From NCBI GenBank assembly GCA_038245785.1, contig JBBRSB010000006.1, positions 91,938-155,937 of the forward strand: a stretch of DNA of 64,000 nt, given 5' to 3'. Below the pieces are notes generated by a model. That model had not been told where the DNA came from, ran no database searches, and saw only the letters and a list, made by a program, of their open reading frames with translations. Of this stretch, positions 32,796 through 41,758 are shown piece by piece (position 1 is the stretch's first letter; every line of letters begins with the position of its first letter). Origin of the DNA: Gloeobacterales cyanobacterium (GTDB lineage Bacteria; Cyanobacteriota; Cyanobacteriia; Gloeobacterales; PMM-0068). The translations under genes were made by a program, and so were the position numbers.

Positions 32796-33086
32796 GTGGC
32801 AAAAACCAAATTTGACTGGGATACAGAGAAGGATGCGCTCAATCAAGAAAAGCACGGCATTTCATTTCCCATTGCTCAGTATGCTTTTGCAGATTCACTT
32901 CGCATCATTGCAAAAGATGAATCCCATAGCCAATCTGAAGAGTGATTTTATTGTTTTGGTGAAGTTGATGGTGGCATTCTAACGGTGCGCTTTACTTATC
33001 GCGCCTCTGTTATTCGAATTATCGGCGCTGGTTACTGGCGCAAAGGAAAGGCAATCTATGAGCGCGAAAATCAAATACACAGATGA
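32796..33086 (+). pseudogene. brnT: BrnT-family toxin interrupted by in-frame TGA at 32943-32945
   Basis: Manual translation: MAKTKFDWDTEKDALNQEKHGISF...SHSQSEE*FYCFGEVDGGILTVRFTYRASVIRIIGAGYWRKGKAIYE. Confidence 0.8.
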
Positions 33087-33315
33087 ACCTTTGGGTGATG
33101 TTAAGGTGATTGCAGATTTCTTGCCATCACCGGCTGAGCTGGCATTCAATGAAGAAGGTGTCAAAATTACACTCGTATTGAGTAAAAAAAGCATTGAGTT
33201 TTTCAAGTCTGAGGCAGCAAAAAACCGTACTCAGTATCAACGTATGATTCGACGCTTAATTGATGCTTACGTTGACGCACACAACCCTAACCCATCATTC
33301 AAGCGCGCCCCTTAA
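33058..33315 (+). CDS. CopG/BrnA-like RHH antitoxin
   Basis: DFLPSPAEL, VKITLVLSKKSIEFFK, YQRMIRRLIDAY; overlaps brnT. Confidence 0.8.
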   Translation: MSAKIKYTDEPLGDVKVIADFLPSPAELAFNEEGVKITLVLSKKSIEFFKSEAAKNRTQYQRMIRRLIDAYVDAHNPNPSFKRAP

Positions 33316-33490
33316 TTTAGATATTATGCTTGACACTCCCCATCGAATGAAGGGTATCAGACAGGCCTCGTTTGGGAGGGACCGAGCAAGGCTGGCAATG
33401 GATGGAGTTGAAATGAGGTTAAGCCAAAAATCTAAATGATTTCCCCTGAATCCTAATTAGGATAGAACTAGACTAGCAAGAGGCTGCACC

Positions 33491-33784
33491 ATGACTCCAA
33501 AACTCGAAGCAGCGATCGCTGCTATCCAACCGCTTTCACCGACAGAGCGCCAACAACTGCTCCAACTCCTCATCCAAAGTAATCCATCCTCAAATTCCCA
33601 AACTGACCTCAAAACGTTTAGTGACCAGTTTTGGCAAGGTACTACGCTCAATCAGCTACTCGCCAACTAAACGCCCACGACCGTTCATAACCTCAAAGAT
33701 CTCGCTGCTGACTTTTGGCCCGAAGAAGACTCCATTGAGGAATTCCTCACTTTCTTGCGCCAACAGCGCCAAGGAGTAATCTAA
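33491..33784 (+). pseudogene. Cyanobacterial small antitoxin-like hypothetical protein with in-frame TAA at 33668
   Basis: MTPKLEAAIAAIQPLSPTERQQLLQ...TLNQLLAN*TPTTVHNLKDLAADFWPEEDSIEEFLTFLRQQR in one frame. Confidence 0.6.
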
Positions 33785-33804
33785 AGCGTCCGGCAATTCA
33801 TCGT

Positions 33805-34632
33805 CTAAATTTTGTAAATTTTTCTAATTAGATAGAAATAGATACTATCTGGTAAAATCTTGCGCAAGCTGAGAAGTAAGGGCGCGGGTTTCCCAATCAG
33901 ATAGCGCATCTTATTACTGCCATCTGTGGCTGCTTTGAAAATTTCTTGCGCTACTAATTCGGGAAGTTCACCATTCTTACCTGTTTCTTGGGAAAGCTTA
34001 TCTACTTTATCGACAAAGTTCTTATACATCGTCAAATCATCGCGCATGATGAATTGGCGACTACTGCCGTAAAACTCAGTTTTGATACTGCCCGGTTCGA
34101 TAATTTTGACTTTGATATTGAACGGTTCCAGCTCATAGTGCAAAGCTTCGCTAAAGCCCTCGACGGCCCATTTGGTCCCATGATAAATACTGTACAGAGG
34201 AAAAGTGACCCGTCCTCCCATACTGGCAACTTGAATGATTATGCCTCCCCGTTGTTCGCGCATATGGGGAATGATCGCTCGGGTTACCCGCATCAGGCCA
34301 AATACATTGGTATCGAACTGCTTTTCGATGACTTCATCGGACATAGCTTCAAAAACTCCATCGGCTGCATAGCCTGCATTGTTAACCAAGACATCGATCT
34401 GACCAAATTCTTGGATCGCTTCCTCCAAAGCCCTCTGGATACTGTCAGAATCCGTAACATCCAGACGATAGAGCTTAATATTTGCGACAGTCCCAAGCTC
34501 TCTTTCTTGGTCAGGATTACGCATAGTCGCCGCTACATTCCAACCCTGGTTCGCAAAGTAGAGGGCCGTAAGTTTGCCAATACCGCTTGAAGTCCCAGTG
34601 ATAAAGGCAGTTTTACGTTTGGTGGGACTCAT
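33805..34632 (-). CDS. Short-chain dehydrogenase/reductase
   Basis: TGTSSGIG, NNAG, YHGTK motifs. Confidence 0.92.
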   Translation of the reverse strand: MSPTKRKTAFITGTSSGIGKLTALYFANQGWNVAATMRNPDQERELGTVANIKLYRLDVTDSDSIQRALEEAIQEFGQIDVLVNNAGYAADGVFEAMSDEVIEKQFDTNVFGLMRVTRAIIPHMREQRGGIIIQVASMGGRVTFPLYSIYHGTKWAVEGFSEALHYELEPFNIKVKIIEPGSIKTEFYGSSRQFIMRDDLTMYKNFVDKVDKLSQETGKNGELPELVAQEIFKAATDGSNKMRYLIGKPAPLLLSLRKILPDSIYFYLIRKIYKI

Positions 34633-34827
34633 TCTTGACTCGCGCGTCGTGTTGGCTCAAAACAAGTGTAGCGGCTTGGAAAATCAAGGCTACGTCCGTA
34701 GTCATTCTGGGAGAAGCCGTTGAAGTTGCAGCTTACACCTTTCATGATTTGACCAGCCAACAACCTCTTTTTTCTCTGTCCAAGGTCTTTGTGAAACAAT
34801 GGAGTCCTAGTTTTAACAGGCAACAGG

Positions 34828-36108
34828 ATGAAGGTTTTGGTGGTGGGCAATGGTGGCAGAGAACACACCTTGGTTTGGAAACTAGCGCAATCTGCAGACG
34901 TGGAGCGGGTATTCTGTGCGCCAGGCAATGCAGGTACAGCCCTAGAACCTAAAAGCCAGAATGTTGCGCTAGAGGTCCTTGACTTCGCAGGACTCGCTGA
35001 ATTTGCCCAAAAAGAAGGGATTGACTTGACCGTGATTGGTCCGGAGGTGCCGCTGTGTAGGGGCATTGTGGACTACTTTCAAGAGCGCGGACTCCTCGCT
35101 TTTGGCCCTAACCAAGCAGGAGCCCAGATTGAAGGTTCTAAATCTTGGGCTAAAGAATTCATGGTCCAAGCAGGAATCCCTACGGCTAAGTCCCGAACCT
35201 TTACAGACTTTGAATCCGCAAAAAGCTACATCCAACTTCGTTTAACCCAGGTGCGCAAACTGGTGATCAAAGCGGATGGGCTCGCAGCCGGGAAGGGCGT
35301 AGTAATTGTGAAAGACCTTGCTGAAGCCTTGAGTGCTCTGGAGTCTATGTTCCAGGGCTTATTTGGCAGTGCGGGATCTGTCGTCGTCATTGAAGAATTC
35401 CTAGAAGGTCAAGAAGCTTCTGTTCTGGCCCTTTGTGATGGAAAAACCATTGTTCCTCTACTAGCAGCCCAAGACCACAAAACTATTGGCGAAGGCGACC
35501 AGGGACCGAACACAGGGGGCATGGGAGCGTATTGCCCTGCTCCTGTGGTCACAGCGAAAACGCTTGCCTTTACGCAAGAAGAAGTTCTAAACCGGGCTTT
35601 GGCAGAATTCCAACGTCGAGGAATCGATTACCGAGGCATTCTCTACGCAGGTCTTATGGTTCATCCAGATGAAACTGTCGCTGTTGTGGAGTTCAACTGC
35701 CGTTTTGGCGACCCAGAAACACAGGTAGTGCTTCCCTTATTAGCGAATCCGTTGGAACAAGTCTTAATCGCTACGGCTAAGGGGCAACTTCAGTCCGTTC
35801 CGTTGCAATGGCATCCAGATTCTGCCGTTTGCGTGGTTATAGCCGCAGGAGGTTATCCCGGACCCTACTGCCAGGGCAAAGAAATTACAGGTTTAGCCGC
35901 TCAAGTTGCAGAAACGGTAGTTTTCCATGCGGGAACAGAAGAACGAGATGAGCGCATTCTTACGAAAGGAGGACGAGTTCTAGGCGTGACCGCCACCGCT
36001 CCGACCCTAAAGGAAGCCGTAGACCGTGCCTACCAGCGTTGTAGTTTTATCCAATTTGAGGAGGCCTACTACCGAAAAGATATTGCTAACCGAGTGCTGA
36101 GAACTTGA
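34828..36108 (+). CDS. purD: Phosphoribosylamine--glycine ligase
   Basis: GNGGREH, KADGLAAGKGV, GPNTGGMGAY, EFNCRFGDPETQ. Confidence 0.97.
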   Translation: MKVLVVGNGGREHTLVWKLAQSADVERVFCAPGNAGTALEPKSQNVALEVLDFAGLAEFAQKEGIDLTVIGPEVPLCRGIVDYFQERGLLAFGPNQAGAQIEGSKSWAKEFMVQAGIPTAKSRTFTDFESAKSYIQLRLTQVRKLVIKADGLAAGKGVVIVKDLAEALSALESMFQGLFGSAGSVVVIEEFLEGQEASVLALCDGKTIVPLLAAQDHKTIGEGDQGPNTGGMGAYCPAPVVTAKTLAFTQEEVLNRALAEFQRRGIDYRGILYAGLMVHPDETVAVVEFNCRFGDPETQVVLPLLANPLEQVLIATAKGQLQSVPLQWHPDSAVCVVIAAGGYPGPYCQGKEITGLAAQVAETVVFHAGTEERDERILTKGGRVLGVTATAPTLKEAVDRAYQRCSFIQFEEAYYRKDIANRVLRT

Positions 36109-36129
36109 GGCTGATGATTTTCTAGAAAA

Positions 36130-36443
36130 ATACCCACACAAAATACAGCGCCCCAGCCTTTAGAGCTAAGGCACACCATTCAGTTATGGGTAGCGTGGTT
36201 GGAGGCCTAGACTGAGCTAAGGACATCCCTGTATATCACTTGTCTGGCGTACATAACCAAGGTTGAGGCGACTGTATACTCGGATTTTTTATGGAAGTGA
36301 ATACCCCATAGAGTAGTTAGTCAATGTGGATGAGAATTAAAACTTGCTCTTACGAAGTTTTGGCGGGACGAACAGTTGGAAAGAAGTAATCTTTTCCCGT
36401 CTGCTTCTTCGTTTGAGCCCCTGAACTTAGTGTGTAAGTTGAT
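36130..36443 (-). ncRNA. Putative structured ncRNA, copy A (~310 nt)
   Basis: No long ORF; paralog of copy B with covarying helices; minus-strand TTGTTT-N16-TATAGT promoter at 36477-36450. Confidence 0.6.
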
Positions 36444-36574
36444 GGACTAACTATACTCTTTTCTCACATCTAAACAAGTACTTGAAAGAATCCTTAACAC
36501 TTAGCTTACTATCGCAATACTTGCTCTTATTTGTCGATTTCTTGCTACTACTTGCACAAAGAACTCTTAGGGAT

Positions 36575-36886
36575 ATACCCACACAAAATACAGCGCCCCA
36601 GCCCTTAGAACTGAGGCACACCATTAAATAAATAGATCACGGTTGGAGCTTAGACAATGCTAGAAGCATCCCTGTGTAACACTTTTATGGCGTATCAGAC
36701 CGAGGTCGGGGCGACTGTAATTTTTGGAGCTTTTACGAACAATGTGCAACCCTTTAGAATTAACTGAGGTGGATGCAAACAGAGAGTCGTTCTAACGAAG
36801 CTTTGGCGGGGCGAACAGTTAACAAGGAAGTTATCTTTATCCCGTCTATTTCTTCGCTTTGAACCGTTTAACCAATGAAGGTTGAT
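36575..36886 (-). ncRNA. Putative structured ncRNA, copy B (~310 nt)
   Basis: Paralog of copy A at +445 offset; minus-strand TTGCAA-N16-TATATT promoter at 36920-36893. Confidence 0.6.
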
Positions 36887-37089
36887 AAATTAAATATAGC
36901 CTCTTTCAAAACTCTTGCAAGCACTTAGAAAAATCCTTAACATTTGGTTAAATTATCGCAATATTTTCCTCAGGAAGCTGGGAGTGCTGGAACGGGGATC
37001 AGCAGGTCATACAAGTCATATGGATCAGGCCATAGGCCGATGTTGTATCCTCTTTCTGTAGTACTCAAGCAAGACCTAGGCTTCTTTTT

Positions 37090-38799
37090 ATGAACAGACG
37101 GATTAGAAAATCCAACAGAACTGGTCAAAATATGCCTCGTCGGAGGTCCAAGGGATCCAGGTTCAAGCTGTGGTCCGCAGCCATGGCAGCAGCGTTTATC
37201 GCTGGAGGAATCCTCTGCTATATCCAGTTCTCTCAGATGCCTACGTCCGCAGCACCAGCAGCAGGCACGGCCCAAGAGGCCACCACTACCGAGACCAAGG
37301 CTCCCGCACCCAGCTCTTTTGTAGAGATGACCCCAGAATCCCGCAAGTTCAGGGTGCCTGTGATCATGTATCACGATGTCAAAAAGAAGAAAGATGTCTC
37401 CTACGATGTGCCCCCGAGGAAATTCCGGGCGCAGATGGAGTCTATTAAAGAAGCAGGCTTTACCCCGATCACCATTGACCAGCTCCATGCCCATCTCACC
37501 GAAAACAAACCGCTACCCCAAAAACCAATTCTGCTCACCTTTGATGATGGTTATCTTGGGAATTATGCCGAGGCTTATCCGATCCTCAAAGAGTTCAACT
37601 ATCCAGCAGTATTCTTCATCGTCCCTGCTTATGTAGGCGTGAAAACGAGCAAAGACCACGTCACCTGGGACCAGCTCAAAAAAGTGGTGAAAGAAGGATT
37701 GGTGACGGTAGCTGCCCATACGATGAGTCATCCGGTAGACCTCACGAAGTTGGATGATGCCAAGCTCCACCGAGAACTGTTTGAGTCCAAAGCGATCCTC
37801 GAAAAAACGCTGGGGGTTCCGATGAATTACCTGGCCTATCCCACGGGTAATCGGGATGAACGAGTGACCGCGCTTGCAAAAGAAGCAGGGTATCAGATGG
37901 CCTTCACGATGGATGAAGGCTACGCGGGTGAATCTGCTGATATCTTGCAGCTCAATCGTTTTGGACAATCTAATCTAAAGCTTGCGCTTACAAAAGGAAC
38001 GGGTGAACAGGATACGGACTTGTCTATTTCTCGTCCTCCTGTCAATTTTGAAGCCAAGCTCTCTTATCTCTCCGTAACCGTGGACAAAGTAGAGCTTTCC
38101 ATGGCTGTGGGAGGCCGTCCGGTCACGTTTCATGGAGATGGACGCAATAGCTTAGAAGACTATTTAGCCCAAAATCCTGGGACACAGGCTGCCGTGAACG
38201 GTGGATTTTTCCCTTTAAGAACCCGTGAACCGGCAAAGATGATTGGTCCGATTCTGAGTACCAATATCACCACTTTTGAGCCAATTGTCCTTGCAGAATC
38301 CGGAGGCTTGGCGGGTCGTCCTTTGGTGATCATTAGTCCCAAGGCTTTTGTCGTGGCTCCCTTCAATAGGGGCTATCTCAATACGCTGCAGGGCATCCAA
38401 TCCCTAGTTCCCGACGCAACCGATGTATTTCTGGGTGGAGCTTGGCTGGTTCGGGATGGACAAGGTCAGACCAAAGAGCAAATGGATAAAGTGATTGACT
38501 CTTGGATGCAGACCCGCCATCGCTCCTATATGGGGATGATGGGAGACGGTCGGTTTGTGGCGGGGATTACCCAGAATCGGGTCGATGCTGTAGATTTGGC
38601 CCAAGCCTTGGTGAAAGCAGGCGTCCAAGATGCCGTACTTCTTGATTCTGGAGCTTCCACTTCGCTGGTTTATCGGGGGCAACGCCTAACAGCCTATGAA
38701 CCCCGACCCGTGCCCCATGCTATTTTGATCCAAACCAAAGAGCCTGTAAGCAACGTCTTGGATAATCCTGCGTTGCCCATAGCGAAAGGGCGTCCTTAG
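37090..38799 (+). CDS. Polysaccharide deacetylase (CE4) fused to a phosphodiester glycosidase (NAGPA-like) domain
   Basis: PVIMYHDV, LTFDDGY, AHTMSH, AYPTG; C-terminal NGGFF and LLDSGASTSL. Confidence 0.85.
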   Translation: MNRRIRKSNRTGQNMPRRRSKGSRFKLWSAAMAAAFIAGGILCYIQFSQMPTSAAPAAGTAQEATTTETKAPAPSSFVEMTPESRKFRVPVIMYHDVKKKKDVSYDVPPRKFRAQMESIKEAGFTPITIDQLHAHLTENKPLPQKPILLTFDDGYLGNYAEAYPILKEFNYPAVFFIVPAYVGVKTSKDHVTWDQLKKVVKEGLVTVAAHTMSHPVDLTKLDDAKLHRELFESKAILEKTLGVPMNYLAYPTGNRDERVTALAKEAGYQMAFTMDEGYAGESADILQLNRFGQSNLKLALTKGTGEQDTDLSISRPPVNFEAKLSYLSVTVDKVELSMAVGGRPVTFHGDGRNSLEDYLAQNPGTQAAVNGGFFPLRTREPAKMIGPILSTNITTFEPIVLAESGGLAGRPLVIISPKAFVVAPFNRGYLNTLQGIQSLVPDATDVFLGGAWLVRDGQGQTKEQMDKVIDSWMQTRHRSYMGMMGDGRFVAGITQNRVDAVDLAQALVKAGVQDAVLLDSGASTSLVYRGQRLTAYEPRPVPHAILIQTKEPVSNVLDNPALPIAKGRP

Positions 38800-38866
38800 G
38801 CATAGGCGGGGCGAGGACCGATTACCATAGATGTAGAGCACTCCATCCAATCTATTAGACAACCCT

Positions 38867-40144
38867 ATGGTAGGTCCTTTGACTAAGCGTACGCTGCAAC
38901 TTTCTGGCCTTTGGCTCGCCTCTGCCTTGTTGATAACCAGTTGTTCCAACAACTCCTTGCTAGCCCAGGGAGGGTTAGGGAATGTCGCCCAACAGGTTTG
39001 GGAAATCGTCAATAAAGACTACGTGGATGGAACCTTCAACAATCAAGACTGGAAGGCTGTACGGGACCGCTTCGATAAACCGACAAAAGATACCAAGCAG
39101 TCCTATGAGAACGTTCGCAAGATGCTAGAAACCCTGGGAGACCCTTACACCCGTTTTCTAGATCCAGAACAATACAAAGCCTTGCAAACTACTACCACTG
39201 GTGAGCTGTCTGGGGTAGGAATCATTGTTGGCCTCGACCCAGACACCAAAAGAGTTGTGGTCATCTCTCCTGTGGAGGGGACACCAGCGGCACGGGCGGG
39301 GATTAAAGCAAGAGACTACATTGTTCAAGTAGATGATAAGACTACCAAGAATGTGACCTTAGAGGAAGTCACAAAACTGATCCAGGGACGCAAAGGAACC
39401 AAGGTGACTATGGTCCTAGAGCGGGAGAAAAAAGAATTTACCGTTACCCTACAGCGTGACCGGATAGAGATTGATCCGGTAATTGCTGAGGTAAAGAAAG
39501 ATAAGGGTTTCAAAGTAGGCTATGCCCGACTTTCCACCTTCAATGCCAATGCTGTAGACAAGATGAGCAAAGCGATTCAGGAAGAAAACGATAAGGGCGT
39601 AGATGGCTACATCATGGATCTGCGGGCCAATCCAGGAGGACTTTTTACCGCAGGACTCGATATTGCGCGCCTATGGTTAGACAAAGACCAAATGATTATC
39701 AAGACCGTTTATCGGGAAGGGAAACAGGACATCATTCGAGCAGACCGTCCTTCTCTCACCAATAAGCCCTTAGTCGTTTTGGTCGATGGAGGGACAGCCA
39801 GTTCCAGTGAAATTCTCGCCGGGGCCTTACAGGATAATAAACGGGCTATTCTCGTAGGGGCCAAAACCTTCGGTAAGGGGCTGATTCAACAGGTGTACAC
39901 CTTGAATACTTCAGAAGAGGGAGGGATAGGAGTAGCCGTTTCGATTGCCAAATACCAGACTCCTTCTGGAGCAGATATTCATAAAAAAGGGATCAAGCCT
40001 GATATCGCCGTGGAACTTTCTAAAGAGTTTACGGCTGACCAGATTGCTACCAGCAAAGATAACCAATACGCCAAAGCGCTAGAAGTATTGGAAGGTAAAA
40101 TTGCGGCTCAGAGAACAAGTCAGCAGGTGGTGGTAGGAAGTTAA
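38867..40144 (+). CDS. ctpA: Carboxyl-terminal processing protease (S41A), paralog 1
   Basis: LGDPYTRFL, PDZ domain, DLRANPGG, TASSSEILAGAL, KTFGKG; lipobox-like ITSC. Confidence 0.88.
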   Translation: MVGPLTKRTLQLSGLWLASALLITSCSNNSLLAQGGLGNVAQQVWEIVNKDYVDGTFNNQDWKAVRDRFDKPTKDTKQSYENVRKMLETLGDPYTRFLDPEQYKALQTTTTGELSGVGIIVGLDPDTKRVVVISPVEGTPAARAGIKARDYIVQVDDKTTKNVTLEEVTKLIQGRKGTKVTMVLEREKKEFTVTLQRDRIEIDPVIAEVKKDKGFKVGYARLSTFNANAVDKMSKAIQEENDKGVDGYIMDLRANPGGLFTAGLDIARLWLDKDQMIIKTVYREGKQDIIRADRPSLTNKPLVVLVDGGTASSSEILAGALQDNKRAILVGAKTFGKGLIQQVYTLNTSEEGGIGVAVSIAKYQTPSGADIHKKGIKPDIAVELSKEFTADQIATSKDNQYAKALEVLEGKIAAQRTSQQVVVGS

Positions 40145-41406
40145 TGGCCATTCAGCGTATACAAAAGCTTTCTGGCCTATGGCTGGCCGCTGCCTTGCTC
40201 ATGACCGGTTGTTCTAACGATTCCCTACGGGCTCAGGGAAAAGCGGAGAATCTAACGCAACGGGTTTGGGAAATCGTTAACAAAGACTATGTGGACGGAA
40301 CGTTTAATAAGCAAGACTGGAAGGCCGTACGGAACCGCTTCGATAAACCGACGACAGATACCAAGCAGTCCTATGAAAACGTTCGCAAGATGCTAGAAAC
40401 TCTGGGAGACCCTTACACTCGTTTTCTAGACCCAGAGCAATACAAAGCGCTACAGACCAGCACGACGGGTGAACTCTCTGGGATAGGGGTAAAAATTGAA
40501 CTGGACCTGGATACGAAGAGAATCGTAGTTATTGCTCCCATCGACAAGACGCCAGCAGCACGGGCGGGGATCAAAGCGCGAGATTTCATTGTGCAGATAG
40601 ATGGCAAATCGACCAAGAATATGACCATAGAACAAGTAGCCAAGCGACTACAGGGCCGCAAGGGCAGTAAAGTGACCTTGGGCATAGAGCGGGACAAAAA
40701 AGAACTTACAGTAGCCCTACAGCGAGACCGGATAGAGATCGATCCGGTGGTAGCCTCTGTAAAGGAAGATAAGGGCCTCAAAGTAGGCTATGCTCGACTT
40801 TCCACCTTCAATGCCAACGCCGTAGACAAGATGCGCAAAGCGATTCAAGAAGAAAACGCGAAAGGCGTAGATGGCTACATTATGGATCTCCGGGCCAATC
40901 CAGGTGGACTGGTAACAGCAGGCATCGATATTGCTCGAATGTGGTTAGCTAAAGACCAAGTGATCATCAAAACCGTCTATCGCGGCGGAAAACAGGAAAT
41001 TGTTCAGGCAGACCGAACGCCTTTGACGAATAAACCGCTGGTTGTTTTGGTAGATGGGGGCACGGCCAGCGCTAGTGAAATTCTCTCCGGAGCCTTGCAG
41101 GATAATAAGCGCGCTGTTCTTGTCGGGACGAAAACTTTTGGAAAAGGCCTAATTCAAGAGTTCAAGACCTTAAACCAGGAAGAAGGAATAGGCGTAGTCA
41201 TTTCGATTGCTAAATACCAGACTCCTTCCGGAGCCGATATTCACAAAAAAGGGATCAAGCCCAATGTGGTCGTCGAACTTTCTAAAAAGTTTACGGCTGA
41301 CCAAATTGCCACGAGTAAAGATAGCCAATATGCCAAAGCTTTAGAAGTTTTAAAAGGCAAAATCGCTGCTCAGAAAACGGGCAAACAGATCGGGGTTGGG
41401 CGTTGA
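40144..41406 (+). CDS. ctpA: Carboxyl-terminal processing protease (S41A), paralog 2
   Basis: Same motifs (TASASEILSGAL); lipobox-like MTGC; close tandem duplicate. Confidence 0.88.
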   Translation: MAIQRIQKLSGLWLAAALLMTGCSNDSLRAQGKAENLTQRVWEIVNKDYVDGTFNKQDWKAVRNRFDKPTTDTKQSYENVRKMLETLGDPYTRFLDPEQYKALQTSTTGELSGIGVKIELDLDTKRIVVIAPIDKTPAARAGIKARDFIVQIDGKSTKNMTIEQVAKRLQGRKGSKVTLGIERDKKELTVALQRDRIEIDPVVASVKEDKGLKVGYARLSTFNANAVDKMRKAIQEENAKGVDGYIMDLRANPGGLVTAGIDIARMWLAKDQVIIKTVYRGGKQEIVQADRTPLTNKPLVVLVDGGTASASEILSGALQDNKRAVLVGTKTFGKGLIQEFKTLNQEEGIGVVISIAKYQTPSGADIHKKGIKPNVVVELSKKFTADQIATSKDSQYAKALEVLKGKIAAQKTGKQIGVGR

Positions 41407-41425
41407 GGCCCGTCATTCCAGAAGA

Positions 41426-41446
41426 TGTACATCATAATGATGTACA
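41426..41446. promoter_or_regulatory. Palindromic operator of the DUF1778-GNAT TA operon
   Basis: TGTACATCAT-a-ATGATGTACA, overlapping a -10-like CATAAT ~30 bp before the ATG. Confidence 0.6.
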
Positions 41447-41473
41447 CTAGAGAAATAGTGTCTCGTAGTTCAC

Positions 41474-41758
41474 ATGGCAACTTCTCCTAAGTCAGAACGT
41501 CTCAGCTTGCGGCTAGACCCGCTTACAAAGCAAAAAATTGAGCAAGCCTCATCCTTGGCGAACTGCTCTGTCAATAGTTTTATTCTGTCTAGCGTTTTGG
41601 ACAAGGCAGAACAGTTGATCCTTACTCATGAAGCAGTCGTGCTCAGTGACCGAGATCGGGATTTGTTTTTTGCGGCCATTCTGAATCCACCCGCGCTTAA
41701 TCCAGCCTTGAAAGAAGCCTTCGCCTTGCACCAAAAGTTAGCTGAGTCTGATGTCTAG
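41474..41758 (+). CDS. DUF1778 RHH antitoxin (TacA/AtaR-like)
   Basis: KSERLSLRL, LSDRDRDLFFAAILNPPALNPAL. Confidence 0.85.
   Translation: MATSPKSERLSLRLDPLTKQKIEQASSLANCSVNSFILSSVLDKAEQLILTHEAVVLSDRDRDLFFAAILNPPALNPALKEAFALHQKLAESDV

Noticed and set aside
33330..33345. TTGACACTCCCC resembling an IS200/IS605 end
   Set aside because: No full hairpin and no tnpA/tnpB remnant
36070..36180. Small ORF MVCLSSKGWGAVFCVGI at the 3' end of both tandem copies (differences are synonymous in this frame); possible type I toxin or leader peptide
   Set aside because: No RBS, similarity ends before any shared stop codon, and the same substitutions are explained by G-U-compatible pairing. Not fully excluded; ribosome profiling would decide.
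36130..36963. CRISPR array, tracrRNA, T-box, cobalamin riboswitch, RNase P or tmRNA identity for the tandem repeats
   Set aside because: Only two long units with no repeat-spacer periodicity, no cas genes nearby, and hallmark motifs (e.g. GAGGAAAGUCC, UGGNACC T-box, tRNA-like ends) are absent
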